Below are positions 28,695 to 37,428 of a stretch of 46,819 bases of DNA, one piece after another (position 1 is the first letter of the stretch; each line of letters begins with the position of its first letter). Below the pieces are notes generated by a model, which saw only the letters and a list, made by a program, of their open reading frames with translations, ran no database searches and was not told the origin of the DNA. Location of the stretch: the NCBI GenBank assembly GCA_020051075.1, contig JAGVJP010000032.1, forward strand, positions 1 through 46,819, read 5' to 3'. The translations under genes were made by a program, and so were the position numbers. Source of the stretch: Parachlamydiales bacterium. GTDB lineage: Bacteria > Chlamydiota > Chlamydiia > Chlamydiales > Parachlamydiaceae.

Positions 28695-28849
28695 ATCGTT
28701 TGAATCCTTAACGCCTTGACTGAACCCAGGTATAGCTTGCTGAAGTTTTCGTATCAAGTAAAATGGACCGGTTTCAAGAAATTTATGATTGATGCAACAA
28801 TGTCCAAGAGAGACAAGAACAAAATTGTTCATTCATTCAAAGTAAATGA

Positions 28850-28878
28850 TTGATAACTATCTTGTAAAGATCTATAAT
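28850..28878 (+). promoter_or_regulatory. sigma66-type promoter of paralog B
   Basis: TTGATA-N17-TATAAT. Confidence 0.6.
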
Positions 28879-28925
28879 TAGCACCTTTCCTTAAAAAACA
28901 AACATATTATATATGGAGAAATATT

Positions 28926-29246
28926 ATGACATGTAATTTTTCAATGCGTATTAGTCGTAACTATCTTGCTGCACTAGTTATTCCCGGAAATGCTTCTGGT
29001 CATTTTATAGTCGCGGAAGGGTCTGAGCAGGCATTTCTAAAGCTAATGGTAAATTTAAACAAAGCTTTTATTGCCTCGGTTGTGCTGTCCACGATTTCTG
29101 GTGTGGCATTACTTCGCACAGTTGCACAAACGACAGCAAATCACGTTTTCAAAGCTGGGTTTGCAGGTTTTGGTACTCTTGCTGCTTTGATCGCTCTCTT
29201 TGGTGTTGTCAAATTATATCAACTTATCAATAATGAAGATGATTAA
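28926..29246 (+). CDS. Small hydrophobic-hairpin (Inc-like) protein, paralog B; acidic tail possibly lost to premature stops
   Basis: LVIPG..NKAFIASVVLSTISGVALLRTVAQTTANHVFKAGFAGFGTLAAL; RBS GGAG. Confidence 0.75.
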   Translation: MTCNFSMRISRNYLAALVIPGNASGHFIVAEGSEQAFLKLMVNLNKAFIASVVLSTISGVALLRTVAQTTANHVFKAGFAGFGTLAALIALFGVVKLYQLINNEDD

Positions 29247-29434
29247 GATGAAAGCATCTAGATAGACACAAGTTCATCTTCTGGCAATACATTTTCTGTT
29301 CCTGATGATGCCGGCTTGCTGATCGTGGATGATGATGAATAAAATACCAATATCATATTGTCGGGATAAACTACACTGTGTTAATCCAACTAGGGGGCAG
29401 TCGTTTTGAATAGGACTGAACCCATTTAAAATAT

Positions 29435-29471
29435 GCTGTCAGTGGCTTTTAGTTGCTGGCAGTTGCTTTTT
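29435..29471 (+). terminator. Intrinsic terminator after paralog B
   Basis: GCTGTCAGTGGC-tttta-GTTGCTGGCAGT followed by a T tract; homologous to the terminator after paralog C. Confidence 0.6.
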
Positions 29472-29626
29472 GTCAATCGAAAATAACAATGTTGGCATGG
29501 AATCTAATTTAAATTTATTTTATATTTAAACTTTTTGTTTTTTTTAATAAAGCTTGACAAATTTCTTTGAAAAATTCAAACTTGCGTTGTTAGTGGAATG
29601 AAAAATATTGTAAAAGGAGAATTATT

Positions 29627-29983
29627 ATGAAATGTGATGTAATGTGCAGTTTGTATACTGGTATGCTAGTCATGCCTGGGTTTGCTAATGGTTTGATGAT
29701 CAATCCAGAAAGCCAACGAGCCTACGGTTTTATGGATAAGACGAACAAAGCCTTTTTGACTTCGGTCGCACTATCGATTATTTCTGGAGTTGCATTACTC
29801 TGCACAGCAGCAAAAACGACAGCAAATCGCGTTTTCAAAGCTGGATTTGCCGGTTTTGGCACTTTAGCTGTTTTAATCGCCCTCTTTGCTGTTGTGAAAT
29901 TGTATCAAAACATACAGGCTGAACGACAAAGATTAACACAACAATCACAAACAACTGAAGCTACAACTCGGATATCAGTCTGA
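29627..29983 (+). CDS. Small hydrophobic-hairpin (Inc-like) protein, paralog C
   Basis: LVMPG..NKAFLTSVALSIISGVALLCTAAKTTANRVFKAGFAGFGTLAVL; RBS AAGGAG; upstream TTGACA at 29554. Confidence 0.75.
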   Translation: MKCDVMCSLYTGMLVMPGFANGLMINPESQRAYGFMDKTNKAFLTSVALSIISGVALLCTAAKTTANRVFKAGFAGFGTLAVLIALFAVVKLYQNIQAERQRLTQQSQTTEATTRISV

Positions 29984-30036
29984 GTCGCTGAACTAGTCTC
30001 TAGTTGTCCCTGAATAGGATTGAATGACGTTCACTT

Positions 30037-30074
30037 AGCTGTTAGTGGCTTTTTAGCTGCTGACAGCTTTTTTT
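30037..30074 (+). terminator. Intrinsic terminator after paralog C
   Basis: AGCTGTTAGTGGC-tttt-AGCTGCTGACAGC followed by T7. Confidence 0.7.
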
Positions 30075-30487
30075 GTAGGTTTCGAAGGAGAGTCGAAGTC
30101 CTCATTTGGATTCGGACATGTGTTTTGTCCATTTCCTTACGTCTTTTCTGAAATCGCCACCATCTTTTCAAACTAACTGCAGCGAGTTTTTTCACAGCTT
30201 CTCCGTTTTCTATATTATTTTTTTCGAAGAACGGTTATAGATGATAGCATGCAAGCAAAAGATGAGCAGACGACTTACAGGAATTGTCTATTTTCAAAGG
30301 AGTTGTTTCTCTATTTGCCATGGAATTTTAAGATTTGATAGTTTGTTTCTTCGAGATAAAGCAAGAATTTACTAGTTAAATTTTATGAATTTGTTATAAA
30401 TGGTTGATTAAAATTCGCGAAAGATATAAAATTGACTTGTTGTTATTAAACAACACAACAAAAATTAGATATACAAGGAGATGTATA

Positions 30488-30820
30488 ATGGCTATAACTT
30501 TTCAAGCAGTTAAAGAATCTGCTCAATATTACCTGGTTCCAAGCTTAGAGAAAAAAAATGTATTCAAAGGACAGATCGCGGTGACAACTGCATTGTTGGG
30601 CCTTTGTGCAATGGGTCTGAAACGTTCAGTTGCGTCAAGCTTCGCAAACCGTTCTTTGAAGGCGTTATTTGTTTTGGCTGCTGCTTATGCTGTGACTATT
30701 GGGATCCGTGCTGCTATGCAGTTTAGAGGCCCAAAAGCTGATGCTGCTCTGCCGTTAAGTCAAAATCCAACAACAACTGACTCATCGTCATCATCGTCAT
30801 CATCAGCATCGTCAATATAA
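30488..30820 (+). CDS. Small hydrophobic-hairpin (Inc-like) protein, divergent paralog D with poly-Ser tail
   Basis: MAITF..LVP..GLKRSVASSFANRSLKALFVL aligns gap-free with the family core; AAGGAG RBS before ATG 30488. Confidence 0.7.
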   Translation: MAITFQAVKESAQYYLVPSLEKKNVFKGQIAVTTALLGLCAMGLKRSVASSFANRSLKALFVLAAAYAVTIGIRAAMQFRGPKADAALPLSQNPTTTDSSSSSSSSASSI

Positions 30821-30834
30821 TAGAATTTGTTCCC

Positions 30835-30872
30835 ACCCGCAAAATTTGAGTCTCAAGTTTTGCGGGTTTTTT
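30835..30872 (+). terminator. Intrinsic terminator after paralog D
   Basis: ACCCGCAAAATTTGAG / CTCAAGTTTTGCGGGT stem followed by a T tract. Confidence 0.75.
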
Positions 30873-31017
30873 GTGCTCTCAAATTTTGATGATCAACTAA
30901 CAGAGGTTGTGACTTAAGGATAAGGGACAAGAGCACAAGAGGGCATTGTCAGTCGTTTCTCAAGCTGATATTTTTTCATCTAGATCTACTCTTCTAAACT
31001 AGCAACTGTCTAATGTG

Positions 31018-31046
31018 TTGACAACTGAATTTGAAATGTATACAAT
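31018..31046 (+). promoter_or_regulatory. sigma66-type promoter of paralog E
   Basis: TTGACA-N17-TACAAT. Confidence 0.7.
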
Positions 31047-31094
31047 TCGTTCCGTTTTTATTAAAGTTAACTACAACCTATCAAAAGATGTATT

Positions 31095-31424
31095 ATGGCT
31101 ATAACATGTCTTCCTTTTTTGTCGTATGTAGGGGATTTATTGATTCCTGGTAGAGCATGTATGCGGAGAGAATATGAATATGATTATCCTGAGACAGCTC
31201 GGACGCGGTACTTAAATGCGATGGGGTTCATCAATGCCGCTCTTTTGGGCTCGGCTGTGGTCTGTACGATTTCCTATATTGCATTCAGACGCACAGCCCA
31301 AAAAACGGTACCAAATACGCTTGCTAAATTTGGCGTTCGTTTTTATGGTTCTGCTATGGTGGCAGCGGTTGCCATGAGTTTTGCTAGATTCTGCCATGCA
31401 CAAATGAATCAACAACACCGTTAG
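31095..31424 (+). CDS. Small hydrophobic-hairpin (Inc-like) protein, paralog E
   Basis: MAITCLPFLSYVGDLLIPG..AFRRTAQKTVPNTLAKFGVRFYGS; close paralog of 31746. Confidence 0.72.
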   Translation: MAITCLPFLSYVGDLLIPGRACMRREYEYDYPETARTRYLNAMGFINAALLGSAVVCTISYIAFRRTAQKTVPNTLAKFGVRFYGSAMVAAVAMSFARFCHAQMNQQHR

Positions 31425-31661
31425 ACACAGCCTCATGGACACATATGGATTCAGAGGACATGTTCTCTGAGCAAATCGAATGAACCCAAAATCCGCGTTG
31501 AGTCGTATTGTAATATAAAAGATCCTCGTTTAGATTGGACAAGATGGAGGCACTGTTGTCACCCTTGAGTCCATACTGTCCACCTTCGAAGCTCAATCAA
31601 AATCCACACTTCATATTCAGTTTGATTTTATTAAATAAATATTATTGTTTGTTTACTGTTA

Positions 31662-31690
31662 TTGACAGTTAAATTTTTATAGTGTACAAT
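31662..31690 (+). promoter_or_regulatory. sigma66-type promoter of paralog F
   Basis: TTGACA-N17-TACAAT. Confidence 0.7.
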
Positions 31691-31745
31691 TGGTTTTCGA
31701 ATTCTTAAACAAGAGTATAATTTAACAAAAAATAAGGTGTTTTTT

Positions 31746-32057
31746 ATGGCTATTAATTGTAGACCTTTTGTGTCATATCTAGGAGAATTATTGATTCCTC
31801 TGAGAGCTTTTAATCAAGCTAGGGATGATGGTATGCGACGGGACCATTTAACGTCGATGGGGTGGGCAAACGCAACTCTGTGGACATCGGGAATCTGTTG
31901 TGGTTTAGCTGCTCTAGCGTACAAATTCACAGCTGGAAAACCCTTGCCACATAAGCTTGCCAAATTGGGCATTTGCGTATATGGTTCTGTGGCGGTTCTT
32001 GCGGTTGTTATTAGCTTTGCGAAATTTTGTAGAGAACAAGCGAATCAGCGCCGTTAA
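31746..32057 (+). CDS. Small hydrophobic-hairpin (Inc-like) protein, paralog F
   Basis: MAINCRPFVSYLGELLIPL..AYKFTAGKPLPHKLAKLGICVYGS; start at ATG 31746 after TAAGGTG. Confidence 0.72.
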   Translation: MAINCRPFVSYLGELLIPLRAFNQARDDGMRRDHLTSMGWANATLWTSGICCGLAALAYKFTAGKPLPHKLAKLGICVYGSVAVLAVVISFAKFCREQANQRR

Positions 32058-32079
32058 TCCAGCGAAGAAGCTTTAATAC

Positions 32080-32111
32080 ATGCAAAGGCAGCTCGCAAGC
32101 TGTCTTTGCAT
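32080..32111. terminator. Hairpin between convergent paralog F and tal (likely bidirectional terminator)
   Basis: ATGCAAAGGCAGC / GCTGTCTTTGCAT. Confidence 0.6.
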
Positions 32112-32144
32112 TGCATCATTTTGAAATGGATTCCTTCTCGAGTG

Positions 32145-33119
32145 CTAGGCACATCCTGCTTTGAGATAGGTTGAGCATATCACCTTTTCGAGTTCAACGG
32201 CGGCTTTTGCAAAATTCCGTATCCCTTCGGCAAGTTTCTCTGTTGCCATCGCATCTTCATTCAACATCAGTCTGAACGTCTTCTCGTCAAGAGGGATTTT
32301 CTCAATTTTTTTAGTTTTTGCCTTCTCAGGGTCGAGGAGTCTGGGCACATCACCTTCAGACTGCATCAGCTCATCCATTAATTTGGGAGCGATGGTCAGC
32401 AGGTCGCAGCCCGCGAGTTGGAGGATCTCTTCCTTATTTCTAAAGCTTGCTCCCATCACTTCAGTTTTGTATCCGAAGTGTTTAAAATAGTTGTAGATCT
32501 CCGTTACTGATTTGACTCCAGGGTCATCAGCTGGAGCATATCCTGAGACTTTTTCGTGTTCCTTATACCAGTCGAGAATGCGTCCAACAAAGGGAGAGAC
32601 TAAGGTAGCGCCAGCTTCTGCGCAGTGGATGGCTTGACATAGGGAAAACAGCAATGTCATATTGCAATGGATGCCTAGTTTTTCTAATTCTCTTGCTGCA
32701 AGAGCTCCTTCCCATGTCGAGGCGAGTTTGATCAAAACACGTTCTCGGTCTATCCCCATTGTCTCATACAGGGAGATAAGGAATTTTCCCTTTTCAATGC
32801 TTCCTTGGACGTCAAAAGATAAACGTGCATCGACCTCGGTAGAAACGCGCCCGGGGATGATCTTAAGTATTTCTGCACCGACGTTGACAAACAGCTTATC
32901 GATCAGGAGGGGAATCTGTTGAGAGGATGTTTTAGCATGGGCTTGGCTATAGGAGACGGCTTCTTGTATCAATTCATGATATTCAGGTTGGCGGATGGCA
33001 GCTAAAATGAGGGACGGATTTGTGGTTGCGTCTCGTGGGTGATACTTTTGTATCGATTCAATATCGCCTGTATCGCAGACGATAACGGTCATTTCTCTGA
33101 GTTTTTTAAGTTGACCCAT
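32145..33119 (-). CDS. tal: Transaldolase
   Basis: DATTNPSLI, GRVSTEVDARLSFD, IKLASTWEG, SPFVGRILDWY. Confidence 0.97.
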   Translation of the reverse strand: MGQLKKLREMTVIVCDTGDIESIQKYHPRDATTNPSLILAAIRQPEYHELIQEAVSYSQAHAKTSSQQIPLLIDKLFVNVGAEILKIIPGRVSTEVDARLSFDVQGSIEKGKFLISLYETMGIDRERVLIKLASTWEGALAARELEKLGIHCNMTLLFSLCQAIHCAEAGATLVSPFVGRILDWYKEHEKVSGYAPADDPGVKSVTEIYNYFKHFGYKTEVMGASFRNKEEILQLAGCDLLTIAPKLMDELMQSEGDVPRLLDPEKAKTKKIEKIPLDEKTFRLMLNEDAMATEKLAEGIRNFAKAAVELEKVICSTYLKAGCA

Positions 33120-33160
33120 CGGGGACCTCCATTGGTTAGAATATCTAGATAATCTAGACT

Positions 33161-33550
33161 CTAAAGATTTTTGATATAATTATCTAGTTTTGGAGTATCA
33201 ATGTTCGGTTCGATGCGAAAAGTGATCGTTAAAGGACGGTCTCCTAACATCAGATCTAGTGTGGAATTCAGGCGGGTCAGCAGGATTTTATAGGGGATTT
33301 TGATTTCTTTATCTCCAAGATAGATGCCTACCGATGTGTTTGAGAAGATCTCTTCTGAAAGTTGAATTTGCCGGCAGAGATCTTCAAATTTCTTCACCTG
33401 CCGCTGCAAGGTTTCGTCACTGAAATCATAGATCACTCCACAAGCAGAACAGCGGATATGCGCCCGGTTATTTTCGAGATCGAAGACTGAAAATTGGATG
33501 GGTTTTTGACAGTGCTGACAGCAGAATTGAAGAATATGCCCTTTTTGCAT
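33161..33550 (-). CDS. Conserved chlamydial protein with two CxxC motifs (CT312-like)
   Basis: CQHC and CSAC, KIPYKILLTRLNS; sits directly upstream of tal as in Chlamydia. Confidence 0.7.
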   Translation of the reverse strand: MQKGHILQFCCQHCQKPIQFSVFDLENNRAHIRCSACGVIYDFSDETLQRQVKKFEDLCRQIQLSEEIFSNTSVGIYLGDKEIKIPYKILLTRLNSTLDLMLGDRPLTITFRIEPNIDTPKLDNYIKNL

Positions 33551-33707
33551 GATGATACTTCCTGTTTAATATTGCAGAACATCATACAGATTTTGTCCCG
33601 ATGTTGCAATAGTCCTGAATGTTCATCCTTTGAATAGTTACTTTTAATTTAGCATTTTGCTAGGGTGAAGTAAATGGATCAATCAGTTTTGATGGAGAGG
33701 TGTAAAA

Positions 33708-35564
33708 ATGTCTTTTAAGGATTTTCAAGGGATTATCGACTTTGATAGTCAGACAGTTTTGCTGCTCGAAAGTTACTTGCGAGAGAGAGAGGCAAGGTTG
33801 GTTCAGAAAATCGTCACCATTGTTCAACCAGCCGCGCTAGACACTGCTGCTCCGGTCATCCCAGCTGCGACCGCCCTATTGAAGCTATCTGATGTGATCG
33901 AGGTTATGAAAAAAACAGCCTCGGCGCTTTCTGTCAAAGATCGAGAAGGGACGGACTCTTCTCAGACGGTTGATCAAATTCTCGTTGCGTTAAATCGAGC
34001 CTTCTGGAGTTTTGCTGAAGTCTTGGAAAGCTCTGCGGTAGAGCTTTTTCAACAAGTTGAGCATGTTTCGATCGATCGATGGCAGATGTCTACTTTCCAA
34101 GTTATCTCTGATTTGAAAGATCTTCTCGCTCATCGGACGGAAGAACTGTTATGGACGTTAAAGCGCATTGAACAGCCTTTAATCGATTATATCTATGATG
34201 ATCGTGGATGTTCAAGAGGAAAATGGTTTTCTTTCCGCAAGTCTTCCATTGATAAGAGGTTGATTCAGAACCTCCATCATACTGATAAGTTCCTTCGTCA
34301 ACAATATGAGCTGTTTGTCCGTCGCTATCATAAGTTCAGCGATCTCTACACCTCTGCGGAAGAAAGTGCTCAAAGACTGAAAGGATACCCTGTTCTTGCA
34401 TTATTAGAAGCAAAAGATTATGTCCTGTATCTCGATGTATACAAATTGCTCAAATTGCTAGAACTTGATCGCCAGCCAAATAAAGAGGTTGCTTCTGATA
34501 TCGTTCGAGCGCTCAAATACCTTTCTGGCATTGAACAGGTTGTCCGCCTTTTCAGAATCTATCTGAATGATTTCAAAGAAGGATTCTTCAGAACGAGTTT
34601 AGAGTGGAAAGCTTTAGAATGTGAAGAAGGGGGATTTCAACAGAATTTAGATCGAATCAAGCGAAAAATTCAACTATATCGCGACGAGCTGCGGCTGCTT
34701 CTGCATACAATGTGCGCCTATCGCTCATTTTTGCTTAAACATGACCCAAATCCCTATGTCCGGTCTAGATGGGGGTTTTCTGAATGGATCGTTGGACCTG
34801 AACCTGAAAAAGCCAAACAATTGGTTTCGTTGATCTATTCTACAGAAGAGCTTGATGAATTATTTCAACATTTAGAAAAAGCACTGGATGAAGATCTTAC
34901 TATCCAGCAGCATCGAGCGACGGTGGTAAAAGAGGATATAGACAATCTCCTTCATGAAATGGGGCAGCCGCTGATTTCTCGCTCGATGATGAATAAATTT
35001 GCAGGTAAATTGCTTGCGAAGTTGAATTTATGCGACGAGATTGGGAGCCAGCAGATGTCTTCAGTCACTTTAGTGAACAAGACGCTGTCTGATGGGATGC
35101 GCGAAGACTGGAAGTATCATGTGTTGCATGGATTTCCTGCCTTTCATCAGATTTACCGCCTCCATCAAGGCTTGGTTGGGTATCGCGAAGACCCTTCACA
35201 TGCTTATCGGTTAGAGCATTTTCAACGTTTATTTGAGCAGATTGAACAGTGGACTGCCAAGGGGGATATCTATTCCCATATCCATGAAATCGAGCTCGAT
35301 ATCAACGATATGAAAACCTATTTACAAGAGTTTCTAGCGACGGTTCAACGAGTTGAAAAAGAAAAAGTTAAAGATCAATTTCTCGAGCGAACGATTGAAA
35401 AGCTTTCTCAGCAGCTTCTAGAATATCGTTATCGTTTTGGTCAGTTTTTCTATAAGATCTCTTCAGAAAATGCTGATGGACGTTTTCTGAGAAACCAATT
35501 TCTCTTTGTCGACCACTATTTTGAATCTATTGAAAATTACTTAGAAGAGATGAAGATGATGTAA
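33708..35564 (+). CDS. Hypothetical alpha-helical protein (618 aa)
   Basis: Long ORF with GGAGAGG RBS and a terminator; motif DPNPYVRSRWGFSEWIVGPEP; no family recognised. Confidence 0.8.
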   Translation: MSFKDFQGIIDFDSQTVLLLESYLREREARLVQKIVTIVQPAALDTAAPVIPAATALLKLSDVIEVMKKTASALSVKDREGTDSSQTVDQILVALNRAFWSFAEVLESSAVELFQQVEHVSIDRWQMSTFQVISDLKDLLAHRTEELLWTLKRIEQPLIDYIYDDRGCSRGKWFSFRKSSIDKRLIQNLHHTDKFLRQQYELFVRRYHKFSDLYTSAEESAQRLKGYPVLALLEAKDYVLYLDVYKLLKLLELDRQPNKEVASDIVRALKYLSGIEQVVRLFRIYLNDFKEGFFRTSLEWKALECEEGGFQQNLDRIKRKIQLYRDELRLLLHTMCAYRSFLLKHDPNPYVRSRWGFSEWIVGPEPEKAKQLVSLIYSTEELDELFQHLEKALDEDLTIQQHRATVVKEDIDNLLHEMGQPLISRSMMNKFAGKLLAKLNLCDEIGSQQMSSVTLVNKTLSDGMREDWKYHVLHGFPAFHQIYRLHQGLVGYREDPSHAYRLEHFQRLFEQIEQWTAKGDIYSHIHEIELDINDMKTYLQEFLATVQRVEKEKVKDQFLERTIEKLSQQLLEYRYRFGQFFYKISSENADGRFLRNQFLFVDHYFESIENYLEEMKMM

Positions 35565-35590
35565 AAGGGCGTTTTTCAGCCCTTTTACAT
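35559..35590. terminator. Bidirectional terminator hairpin
   Basis: ATGTAAAAGGGC / GCCCTTTTACAT between convergent genes. Confidence 0.65.
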
Positions 35591-35599
35591 AAAGAGAGA

Positions 35600-35950
35600 T
35601 TAGTTACAGCTTGATCCATAGTGTGAATGGCTATGTGAGCTGCTGCTGCTACTGCTGCTGCTGCTGCTACTACTGCTGCTACTGCCGTGGCCATGGTGTC
35701 GGTTTGTTGTGGCAATTAAGATTGCTGCGATACCTAAAGCTCCGAGTGGAATCCAAGCTGACATTGTAGACGCGCATCCACTGTCGCAGTAAGCAGCGCA
35801 TGTTTCATCGCAACAGGAGGCGCTGCCATCATCATAGTATTCTACGTTATTTCCAAGAGGCTGCCCTTGTTCAAATGGTTGCCCTTGCACTTGCCCAACA
35901 CACAATGCCATTAGAATTGTCGAGGCGATAAATTGATTGAATTTCTTCAT
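35600..35950 (-). CDS. Signal-peptide + TM protein with Cys-rich segment and Ser/His tail (family member 1)
   Basis: MKKFNQ..VQG signal, SCCDETCAAYCDSGC, WIPLGALGIAAILIA, HHGHG-polySer-HSHSH; start at ATG 35950 after AAGGA. Confidence 0.75.
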   Translation of the reverse strand: MKKFNQFIASTILMALCVGQVQGQPFEQGQPLGNNVEYYDDGSASCCDETCAAYCDSGCASTMSAWIPLGALGIAAILIATTNRHHGHGSSSSSSSSSSSSSSSSHSHSHYGSSCN

Positions 35951-36110
35951 ATTTTTTTCCTTAAAATTGATACGTGTCACGTTGAGTCAATTCTACGCTT
36001 ATGTTTACACGCGACATAAGCATAAAAATAGCCTCTAAAGCTTTACGTTCTCATTTATGAACCATAAGATAGTTTTTCTGCAATACATTTTTATAGAAAC
36101 CGTCAAATTT

Positions 36111-36497
36111 TTAGTGATGGCTGAAATGAGCTTTACATCTACTTCTCGAGCTTGAGCTGTAATTACTCGATCTGTCATAACTGTAACCCCCGTATTGTGA
36201 ATAGCTTGAGTAATATTCGTCATAGTAGCTTCCGCTATGGGAGTTCCAACTTCTGCGACTCGAAGATGAAGATGAGGAGAGGTTGTTGTTCGCGTTATCT
36301 GCTATTCCCAAATAAATAGCGGCAACAGCCATTGCTGAAAGGGGGACATAGGCTGACCAGTGGGCTGCATAATGAGTCTGATGATATGCTGGACTATAGT
36401 CTTCAATTTCATCTACTTCAGGATCTTGCCCTAAAACCGTGCTGGTCGTCAATGTGAAAATCACTAATGTGCTCAGGATATTTTGTAAGCGTTGCAT
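36111..36497 (-). CDS. Signal-peptide + TM protein with Ser/Tyr/His tail (family member 2)
   Basis: Signal ending VLG; PAYHQTHYAAHWSAYVPLSAMAVAAIYLG; SYYDEYYSSYSQYGGYSY tail. Confidence 0.75.
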   Translation of the reverse strand: MQRLQNILSTLVIFTLTTSTVLGQDPEVDEIEDYSPAYHQTHYAAHWSAYVPLSAMAVAAIYLGIADNANNNLSSSSSSSRRSWNSHSGSYYDEYYSSYSQYGGYSYDRSSNYSSSSRSRCKAHFSHH

Positions 36498-36588
36498 CTT
36501 TTTCCTTTGGGTAGGGGCTATCGTACCGGTATCAATATTTACACAAAAAGGATGATTTTAGGTAAGGAGTTTTTTCATGTCCTGAGAA

Positions 36589-36818
36589 ATCGTGTCCGAG
36601 CCCGCAACAGGATAGGCAGGATAAACAAAAAACAGGATAGGTAGGATCGCTTCGCGGCAGGATAGGCAGGATAAGAAAGATAATGATAAAAAATAGGATA
36701 AGGGTAAATATTTCATTTTTTTATTCTAAATTTATTTTTCCCGTCCTATCTTTCTTATCCTGCCTATCCTGTTTTTTTTTGTCTATCCTGCCTATCCTGT
36801 TCCGGGCTCGTTCACGAT
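36589..36818. repeat. MITE/REPIN-like element with ~60-bp terminal inverted repeats built of CAGGATAGG units
   Basis: Left ATCGTGTCCGAGCCCGCAACAGGATAGGCAGGATAAACAAAAAACAGGATAGG; right (reverse complement) ATCGTGAACGAGCCCGGAACAGGATAGGCAGGATAGACAAAAAAAAACAGGATAGG; no ORF inside. Confidence 0.85.
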
Positions 36819-36825
36819 AGGGCGG

Positions 36826-37428
36826 TTAGATGGATAGCGAGATCAGTTTTGCATATTCCTCACAAAACTGGTCGGGAATAGCAAGGAGGGTGCTTCGTCC
36901 AATGGTGATCGTAAAAGTCCTTCCTTGAAATAGGGCATCGATCAAAGCTTCGGCGACTTCGGCAGGGAATAGAAGCCGTTGCCCGCCTCTAAATAGAAAG
37001 GGATAGACGATCCAGGGCTCTTCGTCTGCTTCGAATTTGATTTCAAGACGTGTGCGAGAAGGATCTTCTTTTAGCGGCGGCGCTTGAAGGGAGAGCAAGT
37101 TGACATAGAATCTGGTTCCGGAATAGCTCCGAGTGATATCTAGCTCGAGGTTTGAGCTGTCAGTGTCAGGAGGAAGGATCAGGCGGCCGCTATTAAATTT
37201 AGATGTAAGAGTGATGTTTTCTTGCAGCTCCCACTTTCGTTGATAAGTAGGGGAGCAGGCTGATAAGTAGAATAGAGAAAGAAGGGCAATGATGATCTGT
37301 AAGAGGTGAGAGAAGAGTAGTTGAGAAGGGTATGTTAAGATGCTGACACCACCCTTTACTTGCAAAGGGAGGTGTTTTTGTCTGATAGATAATCCTAAAC
37401 GTTCGAACGGCAAAAACTGTTTGATCAT
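36826..37428 (-). CDS. Putative lipoprotein, conserved chlamydial hypothetical; true start uncertain
   Basis: Hydrophobic stretch plus lipobox LSAC; motif FRGGQRLLFP. Confidence 0.6.
   Translation of the reverse strand: MIKQFLPFERLGLSIRQKHLPLQVKGGVSILTYPSQLLFSHLLQIIIALLSLFYLSACSPTYQRKWELQENITLTSKFNSGRLILPPDTDSSNLELDITRSYSGTRFYVNLLSLQAPPLKEDPSRTRLEIKFEADEEPWIVYPFLFRGGQRLLFPAEVAEALIDALFQGRTFTITIGRSTLLAIPDQFCEEYAKLISLSI

Noticed and set aside
28695..28832. N-terminal extensions given by the ORF track for nqrF (and similarly nuoH, atpE, DUF2764, paralog D)
   Set aside because: They overlap promoter or intergenic DNA; downstream ATGs have better RBS or family-typical starts
24014..29983. DGR-like template/variable repeats among paralogs A-C
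   Set aside because: No reverse transcriptase in the window, and the differences are mostly synonymous and not adenine-specific; ordinary gene duplication explains it
30075..30400. Possible gene remnant or sRNA between paralogs C and D
   Set aside because: No recognisable motif, start signal or stable structure could be supported by eye
35527..35715. Poly-Ala ORF (62 aa)
   Set aside because: Alternative frame of the AGC/AGT poly-Ser tract of the 35600-35950 gene
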